A model generated the notes under the pieces. It saw only the letters and a program-made list of their open reading frames with translations. It did no database searches and was not told the DNA's origin. DNA of 61,121 nucleotides, the filler included, from Basidiobolus ranarum (taxonomy: Eukaryota): NCBI GenBank assembly GCA_040143965.1. It is 7 parts of 7 records of this genome, joined end to end, with 100 filler letters (N's around TTAATTAATTAA, not from the genome) between each part and the next. Parts side by side here need not be neighbours in the genome. Positions count along the whole stretch, not along the records: positions 35,026 to 43,668 come from JASJQH010007821.1; positions 43,769 to 52,397 come from JASJQH010007822.1; positions 52,498 to 61,121 come from JASJQH010007823.1; 4 more parts are not named here. One strand, written 5' to 3'. Positions within the stretch are counted from its first letter, which is position 1. Each line of letters opens with the position of its first letter. This document shows positions 42,241 to 54,664 of this stretch, piece by piece. The position numbers were made by a program, and so were the translations under genes.

Positions 42241-43668
42241 ACAATTTTAGGAATAGTTGTAATGGACTATGAACAAATAGTATGCTTTTAGAGAGAAATG
42301 TACATGTATGTAACGATGTATATACTGGAAAGAATACAAAGATTAACGGAAAAGGTCGATAACCAGGGAGATGTTCGATTTTATAGGAACAAAATCCGCG
42401 AAGAATGTATGAACAGCAAAGAGAAAAAGTAAATGAAAGTATGAACCAGGTCTGTTACATTGAACTGTTGGACGTAGCCATGGAATTTATACCCTCGGCA
42501 AAATGGCATCATTACGGAAGTTAATTTTTTTTCAAGTAACTCATATTTATTAGTTGCATCCTCACTAACTTAATTATGTACTCAAAGTTGAATCACAAGA
42601 CATGCTTTCGACTAAGGCTCACGTGGGCTCGAGTAGAGCGGGGTGTAGGATGTGTATGATATGTGTGTGATGTGACAACTAATTGCCATATATAAGGAGC
42701 CATGATTATTGTTATGCATTCAACTAACATGGTACTATATTGTGCTACAATCACCTGCTATATCCTGTGTCACTTGTATTAATTGTTAATTATTTGGAAC
42801 AATCTAGTTGGCCACAAGCCCTATTCTCACTGTGAGTCTATTAGGAGCTCAATTAATATATACTAAGATGGCGGGCGTTAGAGAGGGACAACACAAAGCC
42901 TTGTTTTGATTTATATACTCTATTGCTGCGATATTGGTCGTTATATTCTCTTCCCCTCCCGAGCGTTATAAGTAGCAGTGCGGGTGCGGTGCAAGACAGC
43001 TGAGAGTGGTGAGTGGTGAGAGTGATTGAATTGAGTAATCTGAGTTCCCCAAAATCAAGTTCCTAGCAGGTAATATACTGCGGCGGTGTATCTGGCGATG
43101 GATGTATATATACTCGCTTCTTAGCAATGTCTTACTACAGCCTTAAACTCATCAGGTATTTTTAATCACCTCCATTGCCCTCCTTTTATCACCCCAAATC
43201 TGTGCATTCGACTTCAATGAAGGAAGAGTGGCAGTGGAGATACGAATCAGATACCAATCAGATGATATGGATTTACAACAGTCAGTCAACCAAAATCCAC
43301 ATGCCAGGCCTGAATGGGCAAAATGGGTAATGGGGTAAATAGAGGGATAGAGGGATAGTGGGATTTTGTATCATACCACTCTTATCTTCTATTATGTTTA
43401 ATAAATCGCGCAAGTCTCTAGGTTTAACAACACCACCTGAAGTTTTTGATTCCTCCAAATGCCATCCAGCATTTGCTATTGCAAAGGCCCCCATCAGATG
43501 CCGACATGCGGAATGCCGCGTAGTTGACCCCGCCATTCGATCTCCCATTTGGGATGGGTACTGTCAACTTTCGAACAAACTAAGTAAGCTGTAGGTTTAA
43601 GGTAGACACTCTTAGTTATCATAACTGGTATAGGCGTGTCAACAAGTACTCATTCACTATCACTCTCT

Positions 43669-43768
43669 NNNNNNNNNNNNNNNNNNNNNNNNNNNNNNNN
43701 NNNNNNNNNNNNTTAATTAATTAANNNNNNNNNNNNNNNNNNNNNNNNNNNNNNNNNNNNNNNNNNNN
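43669..43768. other. Artificial contig spacer
   Basis: 44 N + TTAATTAATTAA + 44 N. Confidence 0.99.
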
Positions 43769-43933
43769 CATTGTATTTTAATGCTTAAATAAGATCATTG
43801 TATTTTAATGCTTAAATAAGATCATTGTATTTTAATGCTTAAATAAGATCATTGTATTTTAATGCTTAAATAAGATCATTGTATTTTAATGCTTAAATAA
43901 GATCATTGTATTTTAATGCTTAAATAAGATCAT
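43769..43933. repeat. Perfect 27-bp tandem repeat (CATTGTATTTTAATGCTTAAATAAGAT) x6, cut by contig edge
   Basis: Six identical abutting units plus CAT. Confidence 0.97.
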
Positions 43934-44915
43934 AGCAAAAGGAGTGAATGTGTGTGGAGTGGATATCAAAGCCCAATAATAGTACACTATATAGATCAAA
44001 GCCTACTAATAGTACATTATATAGATCACCGACTATGTTTTACTGTAAGGCCAGTCTAAATTACTCGGATAAATTTATACTGACAACTTTAGTTTATCAT
44101 ACAATATGTCTTAATCAAGCAGTAATATGGTTTTACTTCACGATATAGTTGAATACACTCATCCTTTTTACGACCAAGTTTCAGATTAATCATTACCTGC
44201 TCGAATCCACTGACACTACTGAAATAAGTTGGGTGGGATCATGTTGCTGGTCTCATTGTTATCACTCCGATTGTAACTCGTGCAAATCAAAATCTAGTAG
44301 CGGTATCAGTGCTTACACTGGAACTGTTGGCACTTTTGCAATTGAACTATACAACTCCTCCAAACTTCTTACTTGCCAACATCGAATTCCAGGTAGCATC
44401 TCTCCGGTTATCCCTTTGTTAATCGAAACGTTTTACAGATATAAAGCAAGGATTACTGAGTTTTTTAAATCACAGATGAAACTAGAGGTTTAATATCATA
44501 ACAGGAATTACACTGCTTATTAATTTTTTCTGCTATAGAATCGGCTATCAACAGAATTATACAGTCATTCGAAAGACTTGACCATTTTTCCTTAACTTGC
44601 CTTGTTTCCTAGAGCTTATTATATAAACAGAATAATTAGATCAATGTAGTGCGTGCTCATGATCTAACCTATCATCACTATGTTCCTTCCTATTGTATGT
44701 TTTGAACGTAGATACTCATTTCATAATCGATTTAGAGGCTTGTAAATTGTAGATAAAAGTTGTCGCTTGGCTGTAGTATTTGTAAGAGGGTTGGTAATCA
44801 TGTGAAAATAGATCCATTTCCCGTATAAAATGTAGTGGTTCATTGAATTTGAAGATAACGGGTAGAGTAGTATATAATGGATTCGCATTTCCCATTTCAG
44901 GTATTTAAAAAGCTT

Positions 44916-44987
44916 TGCCTACTGCCGGGATTGAACTGGCGACCTTCAGTTTACGAGACTGACGCGCTACCACTGCGCTAAGCAGGC
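44916..44987 (-). tRNA. tRNA-Thr(CGT)
   Basis: GCCTGCT TA GCGC AGTGGTA GCGC G TCAGT CT CGT AA ACTGA AGGTC GCCAG TTCAATC CCGGC AGTAGGC A; one A-C mismatch in the T stem; TTTTT Pol III terminator just downstream. Confidence 0.92.
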
Positions 44988-45697
44988 TTTCTGGATTTGG
45001 AGACATTGCTGTAGCTCGATATGGATATGGAGCGGTATGTAACAAACCTATTCTGTTGGAATGTGGATATTGCCATGTTTTTGGCATTGATGATCCCTAC
45101 TAAGCATTTTTTATTCTACGCTTGAAACTAAATCAATAACAAACAAATTTCATAATTTTCATATTAATAACCTCCAGTGTATTACTCCACCAAATCTTGC
45201 TGAGTCTATAATATTCATAATATTTAATTCAACTATTACTAACTGCTTTTATGTATACGGTATGTCCTAGGCACTCTTTGGCATAATTATAACCTAAAAA
45301 ATACAATACCTAACAAAAGTTCCATTTCAGTGTACGGGTTATGGGTTAGAAAAAGTTATGCACTTTCAATTCAAGGTAGACACCAATCGAAATCACCACG
45401 TAAGCAAAATCATCCATCCTGTATTTATATTGAGGCCAAAGTAATTGATTTTGTAATAAAAGCGAATTAACTAAAAAAAAGTTTATATATATTATATTCT
45501 ATAATCGTCAGTGACCTACACATTCCCGTATTTGGTCTTTTAATTGTCTAGAAAAGAGCTTACTTGGAAATACTGATGAACATGGCATAAATTTAGATAG
45601 TCTAAATAGAGAGAGGATGGTCTAAATTCAGATGATCTAGATTCATTCACGACATTGTTTATTTCGATTTATATATTTAGCTTATTTTACATTCCAA

Positions 45698-47585
45698 TCA
45701 TACATCTTCCTTCATGTTATGCAATTGAACCATCTTTGCTTGAGCCAGAGCCTGCTGCTCGTCCTTCCTATCAGAACTACTAAAAATAAACCAAAATAAT
45801 ACTCCTGTTATGAAATTTGCGATGGAAAAGGACGCATAAGTCCATACTCGTTGAGAGAATGCGGATAACGACAAATCGATCAATGTAGCAGCAGCAAAAG
45901 GCAGCAAACAGAGAGCAGCAACCAAGCCCTTCATAGATTGAGGAGAACGGGTGTAACAATACTCCATTGGAGTGACGACCACCAAAACTAGTTGAGTAAT
46001 AGATTAGTTCTGACTGAAGTAATGGGACCTGAAGCAATGAGGTGAAACAGTGAAATACTTACTCTGCGATAGTCCCATCAAGAAGTATGTAGGAAGTTGC
46101 CACCATACAGAGATTTGTGGTAGTCCATGTTCTCTGTGTATAACGATTTGATTTTCTACCAACGCGGAGAACGCCATTCCCATGGCACCCAGAATAAATC
46201 CGGTTACCATACGCCTCATAGGACGAAATCCAATATTACAACGCTCCAACATTGGGTACACCACATACATAAGAATTGGGACGAGAACAATGACAAAAAA
46301 AGAGTTGAAGTTGAACATAATATCGTTAGGAACGCCAGGTGGTCGATGCATAGATGCTGCCTGCGATACCATACTGGATGTTACTTGATTATCTCCCAGA
46401 GACCATACAAGTGTAGGGGCAAGAACTATGTAAAACCTTGTAAGTTACCAGTGAATTTTCCTAACATCAACAAACAACTTACTTTTGCACGCATCTATGG
46501 TTTGTTTCGCGTCATCAATAAACTGATCGTCCCATGTTTTCTTGGCTTTATCTGCTTCAGTTTCAGGTGGGACTCCAACCGGGGCGTTATCCTTAGCACA
46601 ATCCAGGATCGATTTAGGCTTAGGATTGGAGAGTTGACGACGTTTATAACCGTATCTGTAGCATTTATAGATTTTGACTACAGCGGAATCCCCTGTCGGA
46701 GGGACTTTCACATATTGATCCCGGCATAGAAAGAATGTAGTAGTAGATATTATCGTTAACACTGCGGGAAACAAAAAACAAAGCCAGTAGCCAACACGAT
46801 TCTCCACTTCTGGTGAGATGACTCCACCAATCAGTGAGCCAGCTTGCATGACACCCATGAAGCAATGGTACACCTGACGAGCATTGATCTCAGGATCTAC
46901 CACCACCATCTCGCCTTTAATTTTCTTGAGTTTCATTTTGTCCATCTGAAACTGATCTGCAGCCATTGGTTTTACAAAACTCTTGATTCCCCCAGAGCCA
47001 CATGCTAATAAAGAGATTAGAGTTGGAAGCCAAGTCAAAAAACTATAGTAACGCACTTACAAACGATAAATATGGAGATGAAGTACCCCGGGAAACCAGC
47101 GCCGGCTTCCAAGGCAGGTGGAATAGCGGTCAAAGTCAATAAGGTCCATCCAAATATGAATATGCAGCAGCACATAAGAATAGTTTTATATTTCCCCAGG
47201 TATTGATCGCAGAGGATTCCTAGAAATAGCGGCCATAGGTAGCACATGAGAGCAAACACTTGCTTTAGCGCGTAGGCAGTTGTTTGTCCCTTTCCCAGTG
47301 CACCAGCCTGATGCTTCCTGTGGGTTGGGAACCTTACATAATTCATGAAAGTAATCACACCACCACGAAATGCGAATCTCTCACAAAACTCAACTAATAA
47401 TGGAATATGTAAATAGGTATGCACTCTTTGGAGATGCTAAAGTTTGACTTACTGAAGATGATAATCCATGAAGTTAGTGGAATTGGTTCACCAACTCTGC
47501 GCAATGATGTTATATCCACATCGTTTACATCTGATAGCTGCGGCTTCACCTTCTCGTTCTCCTCTTCTCTCATTAGCTCGGTCAT
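45698..47585 (-). CDS. PTR2: POT/PTR2-family di/tripeptide transporter, multi-exon
   Basis: ExxERF motif (VEFCERFAFRG), LCDQYLGKYKTI, GSGGIK..ADQF, ISVWWQLPTY, EYCYTRSPQSMKGLV; GT-AG introns. Confidence 0.92.
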
Positions 47586-49206
47586 GGTAAGGGGAAATGG
47601 ACGGCTTTCCGAGGCAATGAGGCAGCTTAAATAACAAGTAGCAACTAATGGATAAAAAAAGACCAGCAGAATGATCTATTTTGGGTTGAACAGAGCATTC
47701 AGATATTTACTCTAACAGGCAAAGATGCTGTATATAGAGAATATCAGATAAGTTCCAAGTTGGGATGATTACATACTATGGCTAGGATTGCAACCCTAGA
47801 ACTGCAACCAAGCGGAAACACACCGTCAGTGACTTGGTACATATATAGTAGATTAAGTATTTATGGTCAATACTTGCATTTATATATATTATTCTTGACC
47901 ATAAGTTAGATAGAAAGGGTTAGTACGATCAGATAAACACTTCCCACCCATTATCTTGCTGCAATAGTATCTAGATATATATGGTAGTGGGACGGAGTTA
48001 TAAGCAGCTATAACTACCACTCGTATGGTCAGGATAAACCATCTCCAGGATCAGCCACATGCTCTTCTCGCTAAATCTGGGTATCTACACCGTCTGTTGA
48101 TTGTCCTAAGCATACGTGACAGTATGCAAATCAACTTAGAGTAGACCAAATAAGCCATAAATCGATACTATAGGTTGATATGTGTGTAAAAGAATCCCTC
48201 CCTCCGCATCAACTTAGTTCCTTCCATTGTTCTAGCTCCAGTTCTAGTTCCCCTTGGATACCATCTTGAGAATCAGCTTCTGTTATTAACGTTATAAAGA
48301 CTATTCCATCGTATATTATATATATACATCAGTTTCCAAAATATCTCTTCGAATCTGGAAGCTGTATTTGTATGGTTCCGACGTAAGCTTACTTTCATCC
48401 AGCTGATATTGAAATTACCGTAGATTTCTGTTAAATCATTTATTTTAGGAAGTGGAATCAGCTTTTGAGGTAAAAAAAACTGATAAAGAATATATATTTA
48501 GATAATTTCGGATATTTTATATGAGGAGATTAAAATGAAACAGAGTATTGAGTAAATTAATGTTCCAAGAAGTTAATTTCAATTTACATTCATTTATGAG
48601 TAATATTGGCACTGCTGTAAGAAGTCTAACCCTTTGAAGTTGCTCATATATTTACAACATCAGCATTTTGTAATCTAACACCAAGCATTAGAATTTAGTG
48701 TGCGCATAGGGGGAAACAGCATAGGGTGAAGCAGCTATTGATTCTGAGTAACTGTGACCGCAGTATAGGTATTAAGCCCATAGACTCCTAATAAGCAATA
48801 GTACGAGTTGACCTCTCTGACATAACTATGATTTCAATTACCTTTCTGTGCGTTCCATACCGTATGCACCAGAAAAGATAAGGAACCCAAAATACTTGGA
48901 TCATGTGGTTTGAAGGTTATTTTGTGAATGCATTGAGGCAAGTGAAGGTATATAAATGTTTTTTTAGTGAAGTATACTCTTTAGCAGTACAGGCTTACTT
49001 AAATCAAACTTAATTATTGCTGGTTTAGTGCCGTATGGAATCCCAGTAATGCCACTCAAAATACCAGTAGACTACAAATACATGTATCTAAGTATATAAG
49101 CCATAGCCATAAGGCATGGTCAAACTAAGTACTGTGCTATGATATGAGATTCTTGAAATTCTCCATGCAACTCAGAGACGTGTACTAACAACTACATATC
49201 AATATC

Positions 49207-49556
49207 TGTTGAAATTAGCATTGCCTAAACATCTATATAGTCATATATATAGCTTAGTACTTAGTTATCTTGTATTTCACTAAGAAATTATCCATTACTC
49301 TCGTGAGGAATTTACTTAGAATATTGACACCAACTTAGAAGTTCTCAGATGTATAGATTTTTCAAACTTGTGCTAGAAGCCCTAAACTTTGCACACATGT
49401 TTCTGGAACCTTTCTTTACACATTCTATACGTCTGTTTGTCTACATCTTGACAAAACTATAAATGTCAACTTTCTACTCAATAAATCAACTAGTGAAAAC
49501 CACCAATTTCTCTAACTCTCCAAACCACTTCCATCAGGCTCCCAAATAATTTAACA
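49207..49556 (+). repeat. Solo LTR, copia family B (350 bp)
   Basis: TGTTG...TTAACA; flanks ATATC/ATATT (5-bp TSD with 1 mismatch). Confidence 0.88.
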
Positions 49557-49815
49557 ATATTCATGGAAACAAGGCTATGAAAGAGATTAAATTAAACATA
49601 GAAAACTCACTTGAGATGCGAGCTATACTACCAATATGATTCATTAATAATAGAAGAATTGATGATCTTCACTTTTTGATTTATTGAGTAAAAAGTTGAC
49701 ATATATATCATTGTCAAAAAGTAGATAATAAGCATGTAATATGTGTTAAAGAAGGCTCCAGAAACGTGTGTGCAAAGTTGGGGGCTTCCAGGACAAGTTA
49801 TCAAAATCTATATAC

Positions 49816-50163
49816 TGTTAAAGTATTTGGGAGCCTGTTGGAAGTGGTTTGGAGAATTAGCGAAATTGGTGGTCTTCACTTATTGACTTATTTAGTATTC
49901 AGTTGACATTTATAGTTTTGTCAAGATGTAAACAAAAAAACGTGTAGAATGTGTTAAGGAAGATCGCAGGAACATGTGTGCAAAGTTTGGGGCTTTTAGC
50001 ACAAGTTTGAAAAATCTATATATCTGAGAACTTCTAAGTTGGTAAAAATATTCTAAGTAAATTCCTTATGAGAATAATTGATAATATCTTAGTGAATTAT
50101 AAGATAACTAAGTACTAAGCTATATATGACTATATAGGTGTTTAGGCAATGCTAATTTCAACA
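49816..50163 (-). repeat. Solo LTR, family B (348 bp), nested
   Basis: TGTTAAA...TTTCAACA, reverse-complement homolog of 49207-49556; flanks TATAC/TATAT. Confidence 0.88.
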
Positions 50164-50293
50164 TATATCTGAGAACTTCCAAGGGCCTCTAGGATAAGTT
50201 TTTGAAGTCTTCTAAGTAAATTCCTCTTGAGAATAATGGGTGATATCTTGGTGAAATATGAAATAATGAAATACTAAGCTATATAGGACTATA

Positions 50294-50368
50294 TGTTAAA
50301 GTGTTTGGATAACCAAGTACTAAGATATATATGACTATATAGGTGTTTAGGAAAGGCTAATTTCAACA
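50294..50368 (-). repeat. 75-bp internally deleted family-B LTR, nested
   Basis: Both LTR termini (TGTTAAAGTGTTTGG and GCTAATTTCAACA) with perfect CTATA/CTATA TSD. Confidence 0.8.
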
Positions 50369-50840
50369 CTATATAGATGTTTAGGCTCTGTTAATTTCAA
50401 CAATACTACTTAGGGCGATGTCATTAATTATTTTTTCATTAATGGTAACTATAGGCTTATCAACCTTAATTGTGGCAAAAATATGTGTTTCTAGCTCTTA
50501 TACTAATGGGGTTTTATTTTAATATCCGATGTCGTTCTAATGAGACAACCTAACCCCAACCCAAAACCCACTTTTCATAGATGCGTATTTGAGTATCGCG
50601 TCTCTTCGAATAGACTACAGTAATGGATAGTCAACATAGCATTGCTTAATATGCACTTATCCTATTTTTGCTTAATATGCACTTATCCTATGCACTGTAT
50701 ATGTGATTGAATGCATGATGATTAGTTTTTTCAGGTAACATTTCCGCATGAAAGACAGCAACCAATGAATATATAAAAATATTAGAGATAAGTAGACACT
50801 TACCTACCCAACCCGTTAATGAACAAGTCTTTGATATTAA

Positions 50841-50958
50841 CATACCAACCCTAAGCATACACTATCTCATACCAACCCTAAGCATACACTATCTCATACC
50901 AACCCTAAGCATACACTATCTCATACCAACCCTAAGCATACACTATCTCATACTAACC
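50841..50958. repeat. 27-bp tandem repeat (CATACCAACCCTAAGCATACACTATCT) x4 plus partial
   Basis: Four identical abutting units. Confidence 0.95.
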
Positions 50959-52397
50959 TTATCTCAGCTACTTGGGTGTATAGATACTGAGTTTACTGTG
51001 TATTGATTATAGTGTACTGTTCATCAATCTAATAGGCTCGATAGTTGCCAAAATTTTTCCCAAGGGTTAGGGCTAGCAACAAATATAGTGTCACAAAGCA
51101 AGGTTTCACATTTAGCTAGAATAGAACACAAAATAGGGTTAGGGTTGAATTGACAACGATAACGATGATTACAACGATGATTATATTGATTATCCTAATC
51201 CCAATCCTAATCACCCAGATAATAGTAGTATCAGATAATAGTAGCATCAACTATATCGACTGAATAGAATGTTTTGGGGTGGTGCATGGGTAGTATGCAT
51301 GATATTAGCTTCTTTTTGCATTGGCCAGGATATAGCGGAACATGGCAGTTTGCTTTCTTGCTTAATTAGTCCAACGAATTCCTTTATTATCCGAAACCTG
51401 AACAATAGTAGATGCCGCTTAGTAAGTTTGGTTGGTTAGGCATTACTATCTTCCGTAGCGCTACAGGACAGTGTGTGATAATTCTTAAGGTGCTCGCCTA
51501 ATCCAGTGCCTAATCCAGTAAAACCTATGACATTACGAAACTGCAAGTGCAGGCGTCATTAGATGAAAATCGTAGAAATAGCAACTCTAGCGATCACTTG
51601 GCGTGTGTATCTAAACTAGAATAATGGAATTGATCGATGCAAAAGGCATCGCGATAATTTGATTTGGAGGTACAGAGTTGGACAGAGGGCTGGTATAGTG
51701 AATTGAAAGCTGGGTATCCATATCACCGACCCTGCAACCATATGAGTACAATTGAGTAAAGTCGAGGATTTGAGTGACATCCAAGTATTAGGTTAGTATT
51801 AGACTAGCTTTGTCATGATCCTTATATATCAATTATCCTTTACTATAAAGATACCTCCCCCTGGCATGTCCGGTTCTTCTGTAATACGCAGTAATCGTCA
51901 CGGTTGCATCTGAATTGGCTCACCAAGTTTACTAAGTGTAGTCTGAATCGTCATACGACTTCACTCTATTGCTTATTTGTTACACTATTCGTGAGGAAGA
52001 GTAATGGTGGAACGAATTATGTTGTTGAGGTGAGCCAATTAAGGTTTTTGAATACAGGTTTCAATAAGGCACCAATAGCTTTGAATGAATAAATCATTTC
52101 GAGAACTGGATTAGCGCAGCTTTTTTTTCTGAAAAGTTGCTTGCCAATATATATTCAAGTCAAGCGACAGAATTTCGAAAGGTAGCCATGCTCTTATTTT
52201 GACAGCTTTGGGTGATTTTCATACTCCCATTATACTGACTATCATATTCCCACTTGTAATGGATCAAGTTAGTTTGGATACTGAAGCAATATTCCATGCC
52301 AATTTTAAGAATGCTGTGTCCGCTATGGCACTACCAATAGCACTTAGCAACACCTGGAACTCCATTCGAATGGTCCGTCAGAACAACCCGCTCATAT

Positions 52398-52497
52398 NNN
52401 NNNNNNNNNNNNNNNNNNNNNNNNNNNNNNNNNNNNNNNNNTTAATTAATTAANNNNNNNNNNNNNNNNNNNNNNNNNNNNNNNNNNNNNNNNNNNN
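52398..52497. other. Artificial contig spacer
   Basis: 44 N + TTAATTAATTAA + 44 N. Confidence 0.99.
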
Positions 52498-52756
52498 AAT
52501 TTCATTAGAACCAGGGAGAGATACATCGACTTCAATGGCCGCTCATACATGAGTGGGATGGTTCGAGGTTGGAACAAATTCTGCTTCACCGGTGGAATTA
52601 CGGATCTATTGCTTACTCATCTTAATCTTCACACTGTCATTTGATGTGGAAACGGCATTGGGGCTATAACATCCAAAGTCTTTGGTAAGCCAATACCACA
52701 GATCTACAGCAGTTCACTCATGGCCATCATCTTCAACAAAGGTACAGCCTGAACTT
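52498..52756 (-). pseudogene. KRE6: KRE6/SKN1-like (GH16 beta-glucan synthesis-associated) pseudogene fragment with internal inversion
   Basis: Minus strand GCTFVEDDGHE*TAVDLWYWLTKDFGCYSPNAVSTSNDSVKIKMSKQ*..IEVDVSLPG; plus strand 52534-52599 NGRSYMSGMVRGWNKFCFTGGI. Confidence 0.85.
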
Positions 52757-53782
52757 TAAGATATTGAGCTGTGGGGAAATTTGGTGAATCGCAAGAGACA
52801 CTACTCTTGTCAGGAAGTTGGTAAACATGGACGTAGTCGCTACTCATGGTACTTTCAAGGGCAACTTTTCAAGGTTTGATTCGAATCCCAAAATCTAACT
52901 AGCTAACATACTGAAATTCATAAATGACAAGTCTTTGGGCAGTTTTAGAGAGCGAATCAGGTCTAATAATTGCTGCATATATTCTCAGGATAATGTATCC
53001 TTCAGCTCCAGGTACATATTCTAATGAGTATGTTTGGTAGCCCTTCCTTCGTAAGCATTTGGAGGAGTGGATGTTATACCAGGAAGGCATTGTAATATAT
53101 ATATATATATACCACCACTGTACCAATAGTTTGTTTAATAATAGAGTTAGTGAACTAATATATCATAAGCCTAGTTACTAATTATAACTCTCAATTTTTG
53201 ACCAGTAGGCAAGCAAAATCGAACATATCAGAATGATAGTATTTTTACTTTCCTTGATGACTTGAACATACAAGCATTTCTAGCAAAATCTGTATAATTT
53301 GGTTTTTGAAACAAACAGTGGTTATCGAGCATTTGTATTAAAAAGCAATAAATATCTTGATTGAGGGGAGGATAAAAATAGGAAAACTGAATATGAATAT
53401 TGTAACTCTTCTACGATATTCGACTCTGGCTTAGGTAAGGAGGGAGTTGATGGTTCAAACCCTGTACAAGCAGCCACAAACAATGGTGAAGAAGCAGCTA
53501 TATATTTTCGGCCAAATATATCCCATGGTAACCGAGTTGAGTGGTATTGCGTTTCCCGAAACTGGTTAAAAAGATTAGACAAAATTAGTTTATCGTGCAT
53601 ACACTAATTTATCAAAACAAAGTCTCCTTAAATGGCTATGATAGGCTGCACTCATGTTATTGGCAATTACATTTGTAAAAGTTTGACTTATTAGCGAAAA
53701 GAGATACAACGGACAGGAAATATTAGTTTTGCCATCATTTTGAACTGAATATTGGCTCGCATACAGAATATTCAAAGATTCA

Positions 53783-54664
53783 TCAAAAAGTTCCCGTTTT
53801 CGAGAGTAGTGAAGTATTTACAAGCGATGAAGCATGAGAGTAATTGTTAGGGTAAAGGATAGGATCGTAATTAGATGTTAAGCTCACTGAAATATCAAGG
53901 AAGGGTGGGACGTCTGTAGAGAACAGTAAAGAGCTATCTGAGAGCTCAATTTCTTGAAAATCTGAGGTAATAGGAGTTTGTAATGAGAGTGAACTTTCAT
54001 TTTCTGGGGTATCCAATATCGCTAATTCGTTTACAAGAGACGTGTAATACTTAAGCAGTTTACTCATTAATTCTATCTCTTGTCTAAGTAAACTGCAATT
54101 CAAGCAATGCTCCACTGATACTTCAGTGCACACCGGCTTAGCGATTGTACTTGCCCCTGCCTCTGGTATCAAAGATGATACCTTGGTTCGGGAATACGGA
54201 TTCTTCACACGCTGAACAAGGTAATGCTCATTTGGCTGATCTCGTCTGAAATAACGATGCAAGTAGATTGTCATCAATGAATGGCTACATTTTTTAGTTC
54301 TCCGATCGGAAACTCGGTAAAAGCCATATATCTATTCAAAGGATTAGCAGTAGTTCACGAGAGATAAGATGAAGATTTATGCTACTACACCGTACATTTA
54401 GTTGACGTGTGAATGACGTAAGTTTATTAGTGTCATAGTACTGTGGAAGAACCTCAGCGGCAAGTTTAACTGGGTCTTTGATGACAAACCTGTTACCCGA
54501 AGGCTCCCAGGCTATCATATCGGAGAATTTTGATTCGGAGAGTATTCTAGATGAACAAACAATCTTCTTTAGTATGATACAAAAGAATAAGCTTAAAATT
54601 CTATTTACTTGGAAAGGTTCCGCACAAAGGGAGTCGTACGGGTACAAAAGCGAGTACCTTTCAT
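53783..54664 (-). CDS. HSF-type DNA-binding domain protein, copy 1, 3 exons
   Basis: MKGTRFCTRTTPFVRNLSK|ILSESKFSDMIAWEPSGNRFVIKDPVKLAAEVLPQYYDTNKLTSFTRQLN|IYGFYRVSDRR..YLHRYFRRDQPNEHYLVQR. Confidence 0.88.

Larger units (their letters stand above)
49660..50402 (-). repeat. Older family-B LTR hosting two nested family-B LTR insertions
   Basis: Segments ~49660-49815, 50164-50293 and 50369-50402 rejoin into a reverse LTR-B ending TTTCAACA. Confidence 0.8.

Noticed and set aside
43050..43668. Short ORFs 43282-43548 (-) and 43358-43594 (+)
   Set aside because: No recognisable homology, splice structure or start context
43769..43933. 27-bp repeats resembling a CRISPR array (also 50841-50958)
   Set aside because: Units abut with no unique spacers, no cas genes, eukaryotic context
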